Positions 1 through 13,178 are shown, counted from the stretch's first letter. The stretch is DNA of 64,000 bases from the human T2T-CHM13v2.0 reference genome, Homo sapiens (GCF_009914755.1 NC_060931.1), one strand, 5' to 3'. Notes: generated from the letters alone by a model not told the origin. A program made the numbers and translations.

Positions 1-421
1 TAAGACAATAAACTACAAACATTGGCAAGATCTATAAAATACAATTCCTATTTTTGAAAAGTGCATTGATCAAATCAAAATATTGTAGAAAACATACATA
101 AGCTACGTTAAGTATAATTAAAATAGCCTAATTATACAATGGAGGTTTTAACTATTTCAGGTATCTCTATTCCACATTGACTCAATGCAGTCATCATGCT
201 GGTTGAAAATATCACTCTAATGCACAGAATATTGTTGAATTCAGTAGTATAATGATAATTAGAATATACATGTCTGACAAGAAAAAATATACATCTTCTC
301 TAATAATGTAGAGAATCTGCTTGTACAAATGAGTTTTTCACCTATCTTTGGGGAAATTATGTGAGCCAAGCAGGTACCGGCAGATACAAAACAACTGATC
401 CAACCTGACAGTTGTTTTTTT

Positions 422-687
422 TTTATTCACACCATATAATTTTTGTTTAAAAAAATCTGTCAAAAGAGGTTCCATTAGTGTCAGGTAAAGATTCCTAACA
501 AGCATACTTTTCACTTGTTCTAAAATGATAGTAACAAGTAAAACTTAAATGGGAAACTCCTATTACAAATAGATGATAATTCTTTATCTTATCTATTTCT
601 TTTCTTTGATCCTGGTGTTCTCCTGGAAATTCTAAAGGAGTTGTGACTTTGACAAATCTAATGTCTGCTAGTTCTTACGGGGCCGTA
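422..687 (-). pseudogene. Candidate terminal exon (VRPRKN* in the spliced frame; 59 open codons one nt out of frame) with polyA signal
   Basis: Strong acceptor tgttttatttgttcttag|TA at 689-688. TAG at 670-668. Alternative frame open 674-495. AATAAA at 427-422 on the minus strand. Confidence 0.38.
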
Positions 688-720
688 CTAAGAACAAATA
701 AAACATTATACTTTCTGCTG

Positions 721-938
721 TAATTGTTTTCATTAAGCCATGATTTACTAGCAGTTAGAACTGCAACTTACACTGGTCATTTTCTTTTAAAATAACATAG
801 TGAAATTATTGGAAAGATTTAAAGCTGTTATTAATATTGCTAGAAAATTTCATTTCAAATTTAAAATATTTCCCTCACTTTCTCTTCTCTCCATCCATCT
901 CGCCTTCCATTTGTCTCTCATGAGAGGGTGGGAAGATG
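721..938 (+). repeat. Copy 1 of a local 218-bp direct duplication
   Basis: Matches 3117-3330. First 97 bp identical, then 6 substitutions and one 4-bp indel region. Confidence 0.97.
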
Positions 939-1631
939 AGGTAATTTGGGCAATAGATATAAATAAATTAAAAACAAATCAATTAAGGTTTAATTTCATT
1001 TACATGCAGATTTCCAAGTGATTTTTATTAGAATTAGTAGATGTTATATATATATATATATATTTCTAATGGCTTGAAGTTGTTACACTGAATATTGAAT
1101 GTACACTAAAATCATGCAAATTTAAGTAATTTCAAACAATCTTATCTTTAAACATGCAATTTCAATATTTTATTAATAATCTGAAAATACTTGTTAAACA
1201 TACTATATCGGGCAAGGTTTTAGGTGCAAAATTAAATTAGACATACAACCAAAATATAACCTTCTGGCCAGCTGGGACTTGTTTTTTAGTTGCTTCCATA
1301 TCCTCAGTGAATAGAACAGTGCCCTTCAGGGAGTTACATTCAAAAATATCTAACAAATATACACTTTATGTGAATGTCTCTATTAGAATAAATGTATGTA
1401 TTTGAGTAAATGAAGGAATGTGCTCCCATCTCCTTTCCTCTGTTTTACAGAGGGAGTCACACAAATAAGTTAGTACACTGAAGTATGTGATGAGTATAAT
1501 GATGGCCATATATAATGAATGCTTAGCAAATGTAGAAGTAATAATCTAAACCAGATTACAGGGTTTTTTGTGCTCCCAAGTCTATGAAGAGAAGACTAAA
1601 GATGAATGGTAAAGATTTATAGTACACCCTT

Positions 1632-2085
1632 CAGGGGTTGATATATACATTAGGCACCATAGAACATTGCTCAGGGAAGGCAAGTACACTTTTCCAGCAA
1701 CCAGAAAAATATTTAAATTGTGAAAAATGTTTTAGTTTCTATGAAAAAAGATATGCAAATTAAAAACTAAGAAATTTTAACTAAATGTCTATTAATTTAC
1801 CTCTCAAACTTATCAGTTGTGCAATTGAAACCTTTTCATAGTTAAGATTTTCTCCCTTTGCAAGTATCTCCCAATATGCATAATAATTATTTTTTGAGAT
1901 TACAGACAATTGTAATGAAGTGAAAACACACGTTTATAAAGTGCTTTCCAATTTTGCAAATATGAAAACCCATAATGCTTAATATTGGGCAAAGGTAAAT
2001 TTTCATGTATTTAAAATATTATGGGGTGACGCCACCAAAACAAAGAAATGACACCTAGGACATCAGAGGACCTACAATACCTCTG
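1632..2085. mobile_element. Possible old hAT-Tip100-type DNA transposon remnant (MER115/Zaphod-like)
   Basis: Begins CAGGGG...ATACATTAGGCAC, resembling the recalled Tip100-family terminus. Heavily diverged. Confidence 0.3.
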
Positions 2086-2917
2086 TATCATCTCGTCTTA
2101 TACTGCCTCTAACACAGGCTGAAAATAAATGTAATTGGCCATGAATGTGTATGGCATCTATCTTTTAAGTAAGCAACTTCCAAACCTAATTTTTTGTTGA
2201 TGGTCACTAGAGTAGAAACCTGAAACTCAAAATTTTATCATTTTTATTTTTCAGTGAGATCATAAAGAATATACAAATAGAAAATTAACATATGTGTCCT
2301 TCATTTAAGATTCTTTAGGAAAATTGCTGCCTTAAATAAAGTTCTTAGTGCCTTTTTCAGCAGACTCTACATCAGCCTGGACAAATTTCTTGGGACAGTT
2401 TTGGTTCATGAAAAGGTCATGAAGAAAGGCCCAGTGGTAAAAGATCATCCCTGAAGACTTTTAAAAAAATTACACTGAAACAACATTTCCCTTAGAAAAT
2501 AAACAGAAATTCTATAAACTATCATACAACTAAAATAACCTGGAGCTTAAATGTTTGAGTTTATTCATACATTAAGATCTTGTAAACTTTCATATATATG
2601 TATTTTATAATATATACACATTATTTACATGTATATATACCTTATGAAACATACAGTATTAAATACAAAATACATATTCACAACATATATGCATATGTAC
2701 ACATTTGTGTGCTTGTACACACACGCGTGTACACAAACACTCTTTGGAGAATCCTTATTAGTTGATTTGTATATGCTTTGCTATCATTTTAATTAGGCCT
2801 AATTAAATCATTTTAATTAGGCAACCTTTGAATCTAAATCACCCAAGTGCCCAAGTGTTCAGTACTACCAACGTTTCTGGAGTCCCTATTTCTTTCAGAG
2901 GATATTTTGGTGTTGTT

Positions 2918-2918
2918 T

Positions 2919-2979
<61 letters not shown>

Positions 2980-3116
2980 GTACACACATATATGTTACAT
3001 ATTGTATATAATATACATTATACATGTGTATATAGATGTGTATGTATATTATATATGTAGGTATACATACACATATATAAGTGTATATATATGTATAATA
3101 TATATACTATATAATA
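2918..3116. repeat. (TA)n(CA)n compound microsatellite and degenerate TA tract
   Basis: Seen directly. Confidence 0.95.
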
Positions 3117-3330
3117 TAATTGTTTTCATTAAGCCATGATTTACTAGCAGTTAGAACTGCAACTTACACTGGTCATTTTCTTTTAAAATAACATAGTGAA
3201 ATTATTGGAAAGACTTAAAGCTGTCATTGATATTGCTAGAAAAGTTCCAAATTTAAAATATTTCCCTCTCTTTCTCTTCTCTCCATCCATCTCGCCTTCC
3301 ATTTTTCTCTCATGAGAGGCTGGGAAGATG
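3117..3330 (+). repeat. Copy 2 of the duplication, embedded in a TA-rich microsatellite
   Basis: Same sequence as 721-938, flanked on both sides by (TA)n/(CA)n degenerate repeat. Confidence 0.97.
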
Positions 3331-3376
3331 TATATATATGTATTATATACGTGTGTATATAATACATATATATATA

Positions 3377-3436
<60 letters not shown>
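3331..3436. repeat. (TA)n microsatellite
   Basis: Seen directly; pure TA run about 3389-3436. Confidence 0.95.
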
Positions 3437-3440
<4 letters not shown>

Positions 3441-4329
3441 GTATACGTGACTCCTGATAAGAGAGTCTTTCTTGGCTACAGTTATGAACCTTGATACAAT
3501 CACTATTTTGGAACCTTCCTAATGTTTGCACTGTCTCCTATTCTAAAATTATTTGCAGTATAGTTTTATTATTCTTCTCTTTGAAATATTATGTATGAAA
3601 TATTTCTCTTTAATCACACTATACACTTGACTCTAATTACATCATGCATTGGTATTTGTCATTACTTTTTGAGAATATCAGCTTGATGATTTTAAATACT
3701 TATTTTTTTCTGAAGTTCTGTTGTCATCCTAAGCGACAGAATCCAATTTTGAAAGTAAAACAGCTAAAATCATAGGAAGAGTAAAATTGTACTTCTATAA
3801 GCCCTCTCACGTAAGCTATTTGTTTTGTAATTCTGTGAAAACAAAAATATTGACTCATAGTTCTTTGGGAATAAATCAAGTTAATTACTTAGTTTCCTCC
3901 TCTGTGGTCTTAATCATTTTAACAATAGGCTTTCATTCTTTACATTATCTGATAAGAAACTGGTATTTTTTTCTTCTTCAGTTGGATGGCACCATATACA
4001 GTTTTACACTTAAAGTAATAGATAAAACTGTGCTCATTGAATGAGTTTATGATAGCAAGGTCTTGAAGTGTATGCCCAAATGTGACTTATGGTGAGTGAA
4101 AATGGATTATCATTTTACAAATATAATACTCAACATTTTTACCCTTTCTATGTGTGTATGATAGCTTCTCAAATTCATTCTAAAATTGGTCTATATCCTA
4201 GACATTTTAATAGTCTGATGTCTATAAAATCCTCTCAGAATTCAGTCAGTGAGTCTATCTAGTTTTGCAATTAGATAAAGACATAACATTTTAATTAAGG
4301 CAGAGATTGTCATAATCAATGATTTAGTT

Positions 4330-4707
4330 CTTTGGTAATATCAGAGACATAAACATTACAAACAGACATCCGTGCAATAGGATTACACTTGCCACACCAC
4401 TGATTTTATACTTAGTCATATGACATGTAGTGTAATGGGACATGACTGCAAGTAACCTGTGCCACATCTGAGCAGAAGCTTTAAGATCCAGCTCATTGTT
4501 CTGCTCTTGCTCTTTTCTTTCTGCCATAAGACTAGTATGTCTCAGATTGGGGTTGGTTCTTCATTTTAGAATGATGGTGCAGAGCCAAAGCTGTCTATGA
4601 TAGACATATAATGTGTGCAATATATAAACTTTGTTGTAATAAGCTATATAGATAGATGTTGAGATCATTTGTTACCATAGTACGACTTATTCTAGACTCA
4701 CTGAACT
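4330..4707 (+). mobile_element. MaLR solo LTR, MLT1I-like
   Basis: gtgccacatctgagcagaagctttaaga and ataaactttgttg...tttgttaccatag motifs match the recalled MLT1I/J consensus. Confidence 0.7.
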
Positions 4708-5147
4708 ATGCAATAGAAAGTGCACAGATGCAAAAGGCATATAGAAGATAGCATATCAGAGACAATAGTCACTTTTGCTCAATCAAGCAATGCTTGTTTT
4801 AGACAAGATTGATTTTATACTGTGTCTGCCTTAATACAGCAAGAATTTGAGGAAATTGCCAGCTAAGACTCGATTAGAAAGTCATTTTTTCAAGTAAAAG
4901 CTGGTTTTCTTTAAATATAAATGGGAGGAAAACAATGAAAAACTAATGAGGAAAGTAATTTGATTTGTTTTAATCTCATAATAAATCCAACATAGTACTA
5001 TAAAATCATGAAGAATAAATAACACATTAACTGAAAATATTATCTGGAGAAGCTTTTGGTTTGCTACGAATAATTTTCTACTCACTGTTCTAGCTGGTGG
5101 AAGGAGATCAACAAGTCAATCATTTCCAGAAGGGTAATTAACCTTAC

Positions 5148-5450
5148 CAATGTCAAACTCCAAAAGATTAAACATTGTATCAAGTAGAAATTTAAAGATT
5201 ATAAATGTAATCAGTAAATTTGTCAGATCACTGAACAGGTATGATACGAAATAGCAGACGATTAGGCTGGAGAGGACATGAAATATTCTCCTCCAGATTT
5301 TTTTAACTCTTGAAAATCTTAGTTTCATTAATGACACTACAACTGCAGGCACAAACCCCATGAAGGAAAGACCACAATATATAAGAGTCTACACATTTTG
5401 TATTTCTTCTTGGATGATCGACACAATAACAATACGCAGGATTTTGAGCT
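5148..5450 (-). pseudogene. Candidate 303-nt phase 1-1 exon with three hydrophobic segments and one in-frame TAG (5391-5389)
   Basis: Acceptor cctgctattttaaaaatag|AG and donor TTG|GTAAGG. Length divisible by 3. Frame continues exon 1 and equals listed ORF 5116..5361. Several CpGs retained in AT-rich surroundings. Confidence 0.45.
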
Positions 5451-6043
5451 CTATTTTTAAAATAGCAGGTATGATTATTAAGTCATATAATCATTGTATA
5501 GAAACAAATAAAAAATCATCTAGATGGTCTCTGGTTAAAAACAGACTTCAAATAGTTTATCTCTTTCTAAACTAATTATGTAAGAAATCTTTGGTGACTT
5601 AAATCTTTCTCAGATTTCATCCTCTCTTAAAAAAAAGATGAAACTGATAAATGCAATAAACTACATATTCTTGTCCTAAATAACTAAATCTAGCAAATGT
5701 TTCAGTAGACATATGGTTAAGAATTTCTGAGGAGGGGCAGCAAAAAAATTCTTCATAAAATTTTATGCAAAAACTTATTTCAATTACATTCAAATAGATT
5801 ACTGTGATAACTAGGTTTTATATTAAGATGTTTTGATGCTATTTAATTTTAACTACAAATTCACTCGATAATCTGATTATTAATCTAAATATATGTATTG
5901 GATACAATTGTAGGGATTACTCTTTTTCACATTTTATGATTTTATGTACTTTTTGTATTACTAATATATATTTTTTCTTTTTAAAATTCTGTCTTTCTTC
6001 CTCTAATTTTATTTTCTTTTCTCTTTTGTTATTTAGAAAAAGA

Positions 6044-6161
6044 ATGGGAGCAGTGGTGCACATCTGTAGTCCCAGCTACTCACGAAGTTGAGGCAGGAGG
6101 ATTTCTGGTGCCCAGAAGTTCACTTGAAGGCCTGCCTGCACAATATAGGAAGACTCTATCT

Positions 6162-6193
<32 letters not shown>
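6044..6193 (+). mobile_element. Alu monomer (FLAM_A-like) with A31 tail
   Basis: cagtggtgcacatctgtagtcccagctactc...caatataggaagactctatctc followed by A at 6163-6193. Confidence 0.8.
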
Positions 6194-6195
<2 letters not shown>

Positions 6196-6664
6196 GCTCC
6201 CTGTTTTCAAACTAAACTTCATTTATCGTCTTTTTTCATTTTAATTTGAGAGAAGTTAACTGTGATAAAATTTCTCAAATTAGAAAGACCACTGGTTAAT
6301 TTATTATGTATAATTTTTAAGTTGCAGTATAATTATTGTAACCAAATTAAATCCAAAGTAAGCACCAATATAAAGAGTTACTTGGAAATAAATTAGTTAA
6401 TATTTTCAAGTAACGATACTTTAAAATCCTTAAAATGAAAAAAAAAGAGTTATTTCACAATGCACAGAACAAATGTACACAAAGTAAAAATTCACTTACA
6501 AATATACAAAAAACTCCTTAGTTTTTGGATCATACATAGTATATTACCACCCTATGAAGTCCACCATTAACAAGATAAAAGAGGTGCTATAAGTCTATAT
6601 ATTAAAATTATGCTTGGAAGCATTAAGAGAGTAGATAGAGATAGAAAGAGAAAGAGAGATTTAC

Positions 6665-6740
6665 CATTTAAGAGCTCCTGTGAATCTTCTCTCCTGTTAC
6701 TTGATGATATTTTTATAAAGTGGATTTTTTTATCTTCCAT
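6665..6740 (-). pseudogene. Candidate coding exon 1 of a putative minus-strand pseudogene (MEDKKIHFIKISSSNRREDSQELLN)
   Basis: ATG at 6740-6738 in ATTATGG context (A-3, G+4). 25 open codons plus 1 nt, then donor ATG|GTAAAT (phase 1). Lies just downstream of the CpG patch at about 6840-7020. Confidence 0.4.
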
Positions 6741-6799
6741 AATCACATTCTATTACTTTATTTTAAAGCTATAATCCAGAAGCAGATTTTTTTTTCCAA

Positions 6800-7020
6800 A
6801 ACTGTTAGTGGTCCAAGAAAATAAAGGACAAGGAGAGGTTGCGGGGCGCCCACAATCAAGCCGATTAAACTGCAGGATCTGCGGTTTGTCAAAAACCTTT
6901 TTGCTGCTTCACATTTTCTAAAAATGGAAAAGGTGAAGCTTTCACAAGTAGCAGGCTCCAAATAAACCAGTACGCCCAGCACAAAGCTTGTGATAACAGC
7001 AAAAACATTTTTTTTTTCGC
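6800..7020 (-). promoter_or_regulatory. Small CpG/GC patch, possible promoter of the minus-strand relic
   Basis: GCGGGGCGCC GC-box-like motif at 6841-6850. About 6 CpGs in 180 bp of non-repeat DNA. MYB-type AACTGTTA near 6800. Too weak to be a CpG island. Confidence 0.3.
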
Positions 7021-8334
7021 ACATTAGGAAATTATACTATTAGCTGGTACCCATCATCATAATAGGGCACTTCTCCATATTAACGTGAGATTTGGCTTAT
7101 GGACCCTAAAAACTCTTTCTATCCCTCAGGCTAAATTTGTCCCAAAGAAGCATAGTCACAATGTAGCCTTGAGGGACTTTTATACAAAACTTATGGGAGT
7201 ATACAGATTCTTTCCTTGGAAGGGAAAAATATAAAACAAAACTGGGTCACTAATGGTGATTGTTAGTACAGTAAAACTGAGAACACTCCTTTACTTTTTC
7301 TCCTACATTTTATTTTCTGTTTCACTCTCTGATTTTCTAGAGATAAAAGTACTGTGTGTAGAGAATAAAATATGGACTATATGATAGTCACACATGATGC
7401 TATGTATCAGTGACAGCATACTCTATCAAAATTCATTTATTTCTGTCCATCACCCTATCTAGGTGTTGAAGTAAGTCTAAGGCTTTTTATATGTGTGTGG
7501 AATAGAGCTTTATCATAAGATAGCTTCCTTCTTTTTATATTTTAACTTATATTTTTACAAAATCTTTTCTTACCTAAATATCACTATTTCTCAGCTTAAA
7601 ATATTAAAAACAAATATAACATGATTTTATTGATATTATTCTTCATTTTTCCAGGCATCTGCTTTTCTTATTCTAAAATTTGTGGTTTATTTCACATTCA
7701 CCATACTTGACTATTCCTTGTCTCAACATATTTCATCAGCTATTGTGGTTGTTGAGTTGCCAATAAATTATTTAACTGAAATAACTGTTCTCTGGTGGAC
7801 AGCATTTCTTAGGAAAAACTCCATGAAAATGAAACTACTTTAGGAAGTCTTGAAAATGCAAAACAGTATTAAAAATATCTGATTTCTGGGTAAGCTTTGA
7901 AAAAAATATGATTTAAGGTATATTTGTTTCTTAAAATTCAATTTATCTAGAGACAACTGGTGTATTGTTATGCCATAAAAATAGCATGAATAATAAAATA
8001 AGCAAAAGAAACAAACAAAAAGAGTTGTCCATAAAATGTTTTTAGGTCATATCCAGGCCTCCATTTTTTATCCATTAAAATGAATAAACAATAACAAATT
8101 CTTAGGCAGTTAGTACAATATTGCTCTTTTTTAACATTTAAAATAAAAGAAAAACATGCACTTAAAAATAAAAATATACATTTTTATATTTAGTACCATG
8201 ATTTCTTTAGCTATTACATGTTAATACCAAATTGATAATCACCAACTGTTAATAGTGATGATTTGTGATGATAATTTTGAAACACAGTTTAAATAAGGAA
8301 ACCATTAAACGTTCTGTATTTGCAACTTGTGTGA

Positions 8335-8654
<320 letters not shown>

Positions 8655-9528
8655 GATTTCTTGGTTTTATACTCAATGAGATTGATAGAACAGAGCTGAT
8701 GGATCAGTGGGCATAAAAAGCCTTTCCTGTACACTTATATTGCTCAATAATATTTTTCAACAGCCACTCTTATCTTGTGACTTGGGTGATAATATGCAAT
8801 CCCATCATACCCAGATTATACATTTAGGTATCATCTTGGGAATGCATTGCTCAATGTATTTATGTAAATGGCTATCACAAATGATATAAAGTCACCAGAT
8901 AATGCAAATAAACAAGGCCAATGAAACAGTAACCTTAATTTCAAGGGACTTATTGTCTCCTAATATACTACATAGATGTTGATTAGTTTAGCAATTTGTC
9001 ATGTATCAGGCACCAAGGCGCAGAGGTAAGAATAACAGCAGCTACTATTACTGGACATTTATTATAATTCAAGGACTGTTCAAAATGCCTAATACCTATT
9101 GGTTATTTTAATACTTAGAACATTTCAGTGAGTTTGTTATTTTAAATTCACTGTACAGGTAAGAAAATGGAGGGAGAGAAAGCTCAATGAATTTGGATAA
9201 CCAGTGACAATATTAGAAAATTATTCGACCTGATTGAAAAGATTCAGATCTTAATTAGGAGGTTCTGTGGCCTTTGCATCAATGTGATCAGGAATATTTA
9301 GAGGGAAAAGGAAAGCTGGAAGAGTCAATAGACCAGAGTGCTCAGCTCATTGGTGCTAGGCTCTAAGAAAGGGCAATTTTTGTAAAAAATGCAAATGCAT
9401 TTTTGTTGAGTAAGTCTGGTGCACCAAACAGGAAGGGGGAAGGGGGTAAAGAGGTAGATTATATCCAGGATTTACTTCAGTGGCATAATAATTTCCTTAA
9501 CTTCATCAGTAAAAGTTACTAAGAATCC

Positions 9529-10030
9529 CAAGGCTTATTAGCCAGGAGATTCACAGACCACCAAGAATTCCATGTAAAATTCACCTGCTAGATGAACTTG
9601 CATTGGAAATTTTCTTAAATAACATTTAACTAAAGATTGGCATTTCCTTCATTTATAAAAATAGATAACAAACCACAGTGGTATTAGCAATATCTGTGAC
9701 ATTATCACCAAAATATATTGCAGATATTTTCATATCACAATATACTTCTTTTGTAAATCTTAAAATCTCATTTATACTCATAACTTTTAAAAAGTTGTGT
9801 TATTAACAGGTCTTTCACTAGATCCTCTTATTTAACGATTTAAATGAAAAGCACATGTATTGCTAAATCACAAATTTGTGTTTTTCAATATTTTTATAAT
9901 TTTCACAATATAATGGATTTTCCTTGTTAACACTATATATTTTATATTACGCATTTAAAAATCACCATTCTAAGAAGTGGTTCAGAGAATTAATTCACTA
10001 CACTGCCAAAGACAAGAAAGTAAATGATTT
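9529..10030. mobile_element. hAT-Charlie non-autonomous element, Charlie4a-like
   Basis: aacaaaccacagtggtattagca...gatattttcatatcaca...gcatttaaaaa match the recalled consensus. Confidence 0.7.
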
Positions 10031-10784
10031 CTTTTTGCTAAACCCAAAGTAGGAGCCCAACTGATAGCAAGGACTTCAGTTGAATCACTTCTCTGTTACC
10101 ATATCTGACACTGTCACACTTCTGTTTCTTATTTTCTGGGCCCACACTATGATTATGATAATGGAAGCACTGATTCCCTTGACCACACATCAAGATAATT
10201 TGGTAATAAATTTAATATGGTTAGTCTTAATAATACCTTACAGGGTATATATATTATAATCTCCTTCCTTCCATAAGAAAATAATTTTTTGTCTCTGGGT
10301 ATTATAATTTATTACCTTTTTTGTCCATCTTAAATTAATAATCTATGTATAGGCTTTTTGCTTACTCTGTTAGGATATAGTTAAAATAATATGTTTCTTC
10401 CAGTACAATGAAAAAGTTAAGTTTCAGCAGGAATTCCTCCAAAGAATTTCTAAAAGTTTATTAAAAAAATCTAAGTAGTTGTTTCCTATGCTAGCCTAAT
10501 CATATACTTTATATTGCTAGCATCAACTAATAATATTATTGAATGCATGTAGTTGGAAATGTAAAATTATTTATAAAAAGTAAAAGTGAAATACAATTTC
10601 ATTTGCAAAATAAACGAACAGTTTAAGGTATCTTTGTTAGGTCATTTTGTTCACAGAAGGGAAGTTTTAGTGTACTTGAGAAATAAATTAAGTATTTTTT
10701 TTTTCTGCACATGGGTTTATTTCACAGTAAAAATATAAACTATGTACAATTGTTGAATTGCAATTATTATACAATGTGGGATTG

Positions 10785-10990
10785 TCATGATGTAGTGAGA
10801 GAGCAGGAGATTTGAAATCACATGAAATTTCTCCAAATTACTTGCTGTGTTACACTAGTGCAGGTTGTCTAATCTCTCTGTGCCTTCCTTCTTTCTTTAG
10901 TAAAATGAGTATCATTGTGATTTTCATGTAAAATTATTGTTAAGATGAAATGATGAGGTATATAGAAATGTTTGACTCACTGGTGTGTTA
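10785..10990 (+). mobile_element. MIR
   Basis: Core ttacttgctgtgt...taatctctctgtgcct...gtaaaatgag. Confidence 0.6.
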
Positions 10991-11603
10991 AATATATACT
11001 GGCCATCAATATTGGTGAATTACCTCATATTAGTCCAATATGTATTTAGCTGAATTTCATTCTTTCTTGTTGACTTTAGGAAAGAGTTCTTATTTGATAA
11101 TAACAAGTTTGATTACAATCACAGTTTTCGAAATTTTAGTTTACCTCGAAAAAATCAAGTGATTTGGACACAATGTATGGAGGAGAACACATAGATTGTA
11201 AACCTAAATCCAGTTGATAATTCTAATCCCATGTCATAATCATTAGTTCTCTTTTGGTTAACTCTAACTGTATCATTACAGATTTAACTCAACAAATATT
11301 TATTCATGAAAATTGCTCTTTATTGTATGTTTTTCCAAGTTACATTTACATGATTTGTGAAACAAAGTGAACTATAATTATCACTAAAATTAAAATGTTA
11401 GGATACTAGTTTATGAAAGTGCAACAGAGACTCAATATAACACAATCTCTCTGCACAGTAAAATCAGCAATAAGCATAAGAAAGTAAAATACACATGATC
11501 TAAGACCAGACTGCCTGGGTTGATATAATTGCTCTGCAACTAACCAGTTATGTGACCTTAAGTTTAATTGTATGTAAAATGATACTAATACATAGCAATA
11601 CTA

Positions 11604-12280
<677 letters not shown>

Positions 12281-12408
12281 TACTACTTACTCCATAGTGT
12301 TGTGAGAATTAAATGAATTAATACTTGTAGAACAAATGTCTGTCACAAGCATCCTACAATAAAATACACTTATTTTCTCACTGTTATCATCATTCATATT
12401 TTAATTAT

Positions 12409-12768
12409 GGATATGGCTTGGCTATGTCCCCAACCAAATCTCACCTTGAATTGTAATAATCCCCATGTGTCAAGGGCAGGGCCAGGTGGAGATAATTGAA
12501 TCATGGGGGCAGTTTCCCCTATGCTGTTCTCTGGTAGTAGTGAATAAGTTTCACAAGATCTGATGGCTTTGTAAATGGGAGTTCTCTGCCCAAGCTCTCT
12601 CTCTTGCCTGCTGCCATGTAAGATGTCCCTTTGCTCTTCCTTCATCTTCTGCCATGATTGTGAGGCCTCCCCAGCCATGTGGAACTGCAAGTCATTTAAA
12701 CTTCCTTCCTTTATAAATTATAAGTCTCAGGTGTGTCTTCATTAGCAGCGTGAGAACAGACTAATACA
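12409..12768 (+). mobile_element. THE1B-like MaLR solo LTR
   Basis: gatatggcttggctatgtcccc...gattgtgaggcctccccagccatgtggaact...gactaataca. Confidence 0.9.
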
Positions 12769-12929
12769 ATCTTTTTAAAGAAAACATAACTTTTTAGAAA
12801 GATACAAAAATAGTATTTGAGGATTTAAAAAATGTGAAATCACATCAGTCATGTTTAAAGTCCATACAGGCTTCCTGAAGGACTTTGCATTTGAGAAGAG
12901 GGGCTTCCATTTCTAATACTGAGGGAGAA

Positions 12930-13178
12930 TAGCATGGCAGGTATGTGTGTATTCAGTAGAGCCACACTGCCTAGATTGGAAACTTGATTCTACCACTGCA
13001 TTCACTGGACAAAATTTGGCAAACAACCACAACTGTGGCCTTCATTTTTTAACCTGTAAAGTGAGGAAAATAATAGTATACCCTTTGTCAGTGTATAATG
13101 AAGATTAAATCACTATTTAAATGAACATGATCAAATACTATGATTAAATGCATAATAAATGCTCCATAAGTATTAACA
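12930..13178 (+). mobile_element. MIR
   Basis: agagccacactgcct...acctgtaaagtgagga...aataaatgctc. Confidence 0.6.

Noticed and set aside
388-418. AAAACAACTG/CAGTTGTTTT hairpin followed by a T-run, like a bacterial terminator
   Set aside because: Human context; a 10-bp A/T-rich stem is plausible by chance.
2828-3531. ORFs with YIYIYI/THTH runs
   Set aside because: Translations of TA/CA microsatellites.
6044-6193. BC200 (BCYRN1) retropseudogene, suggested by cctgcctg...caatatag
   Set aside because: The 5' part fits FLAM_A, and the BC200 unique 3' domain is absent.
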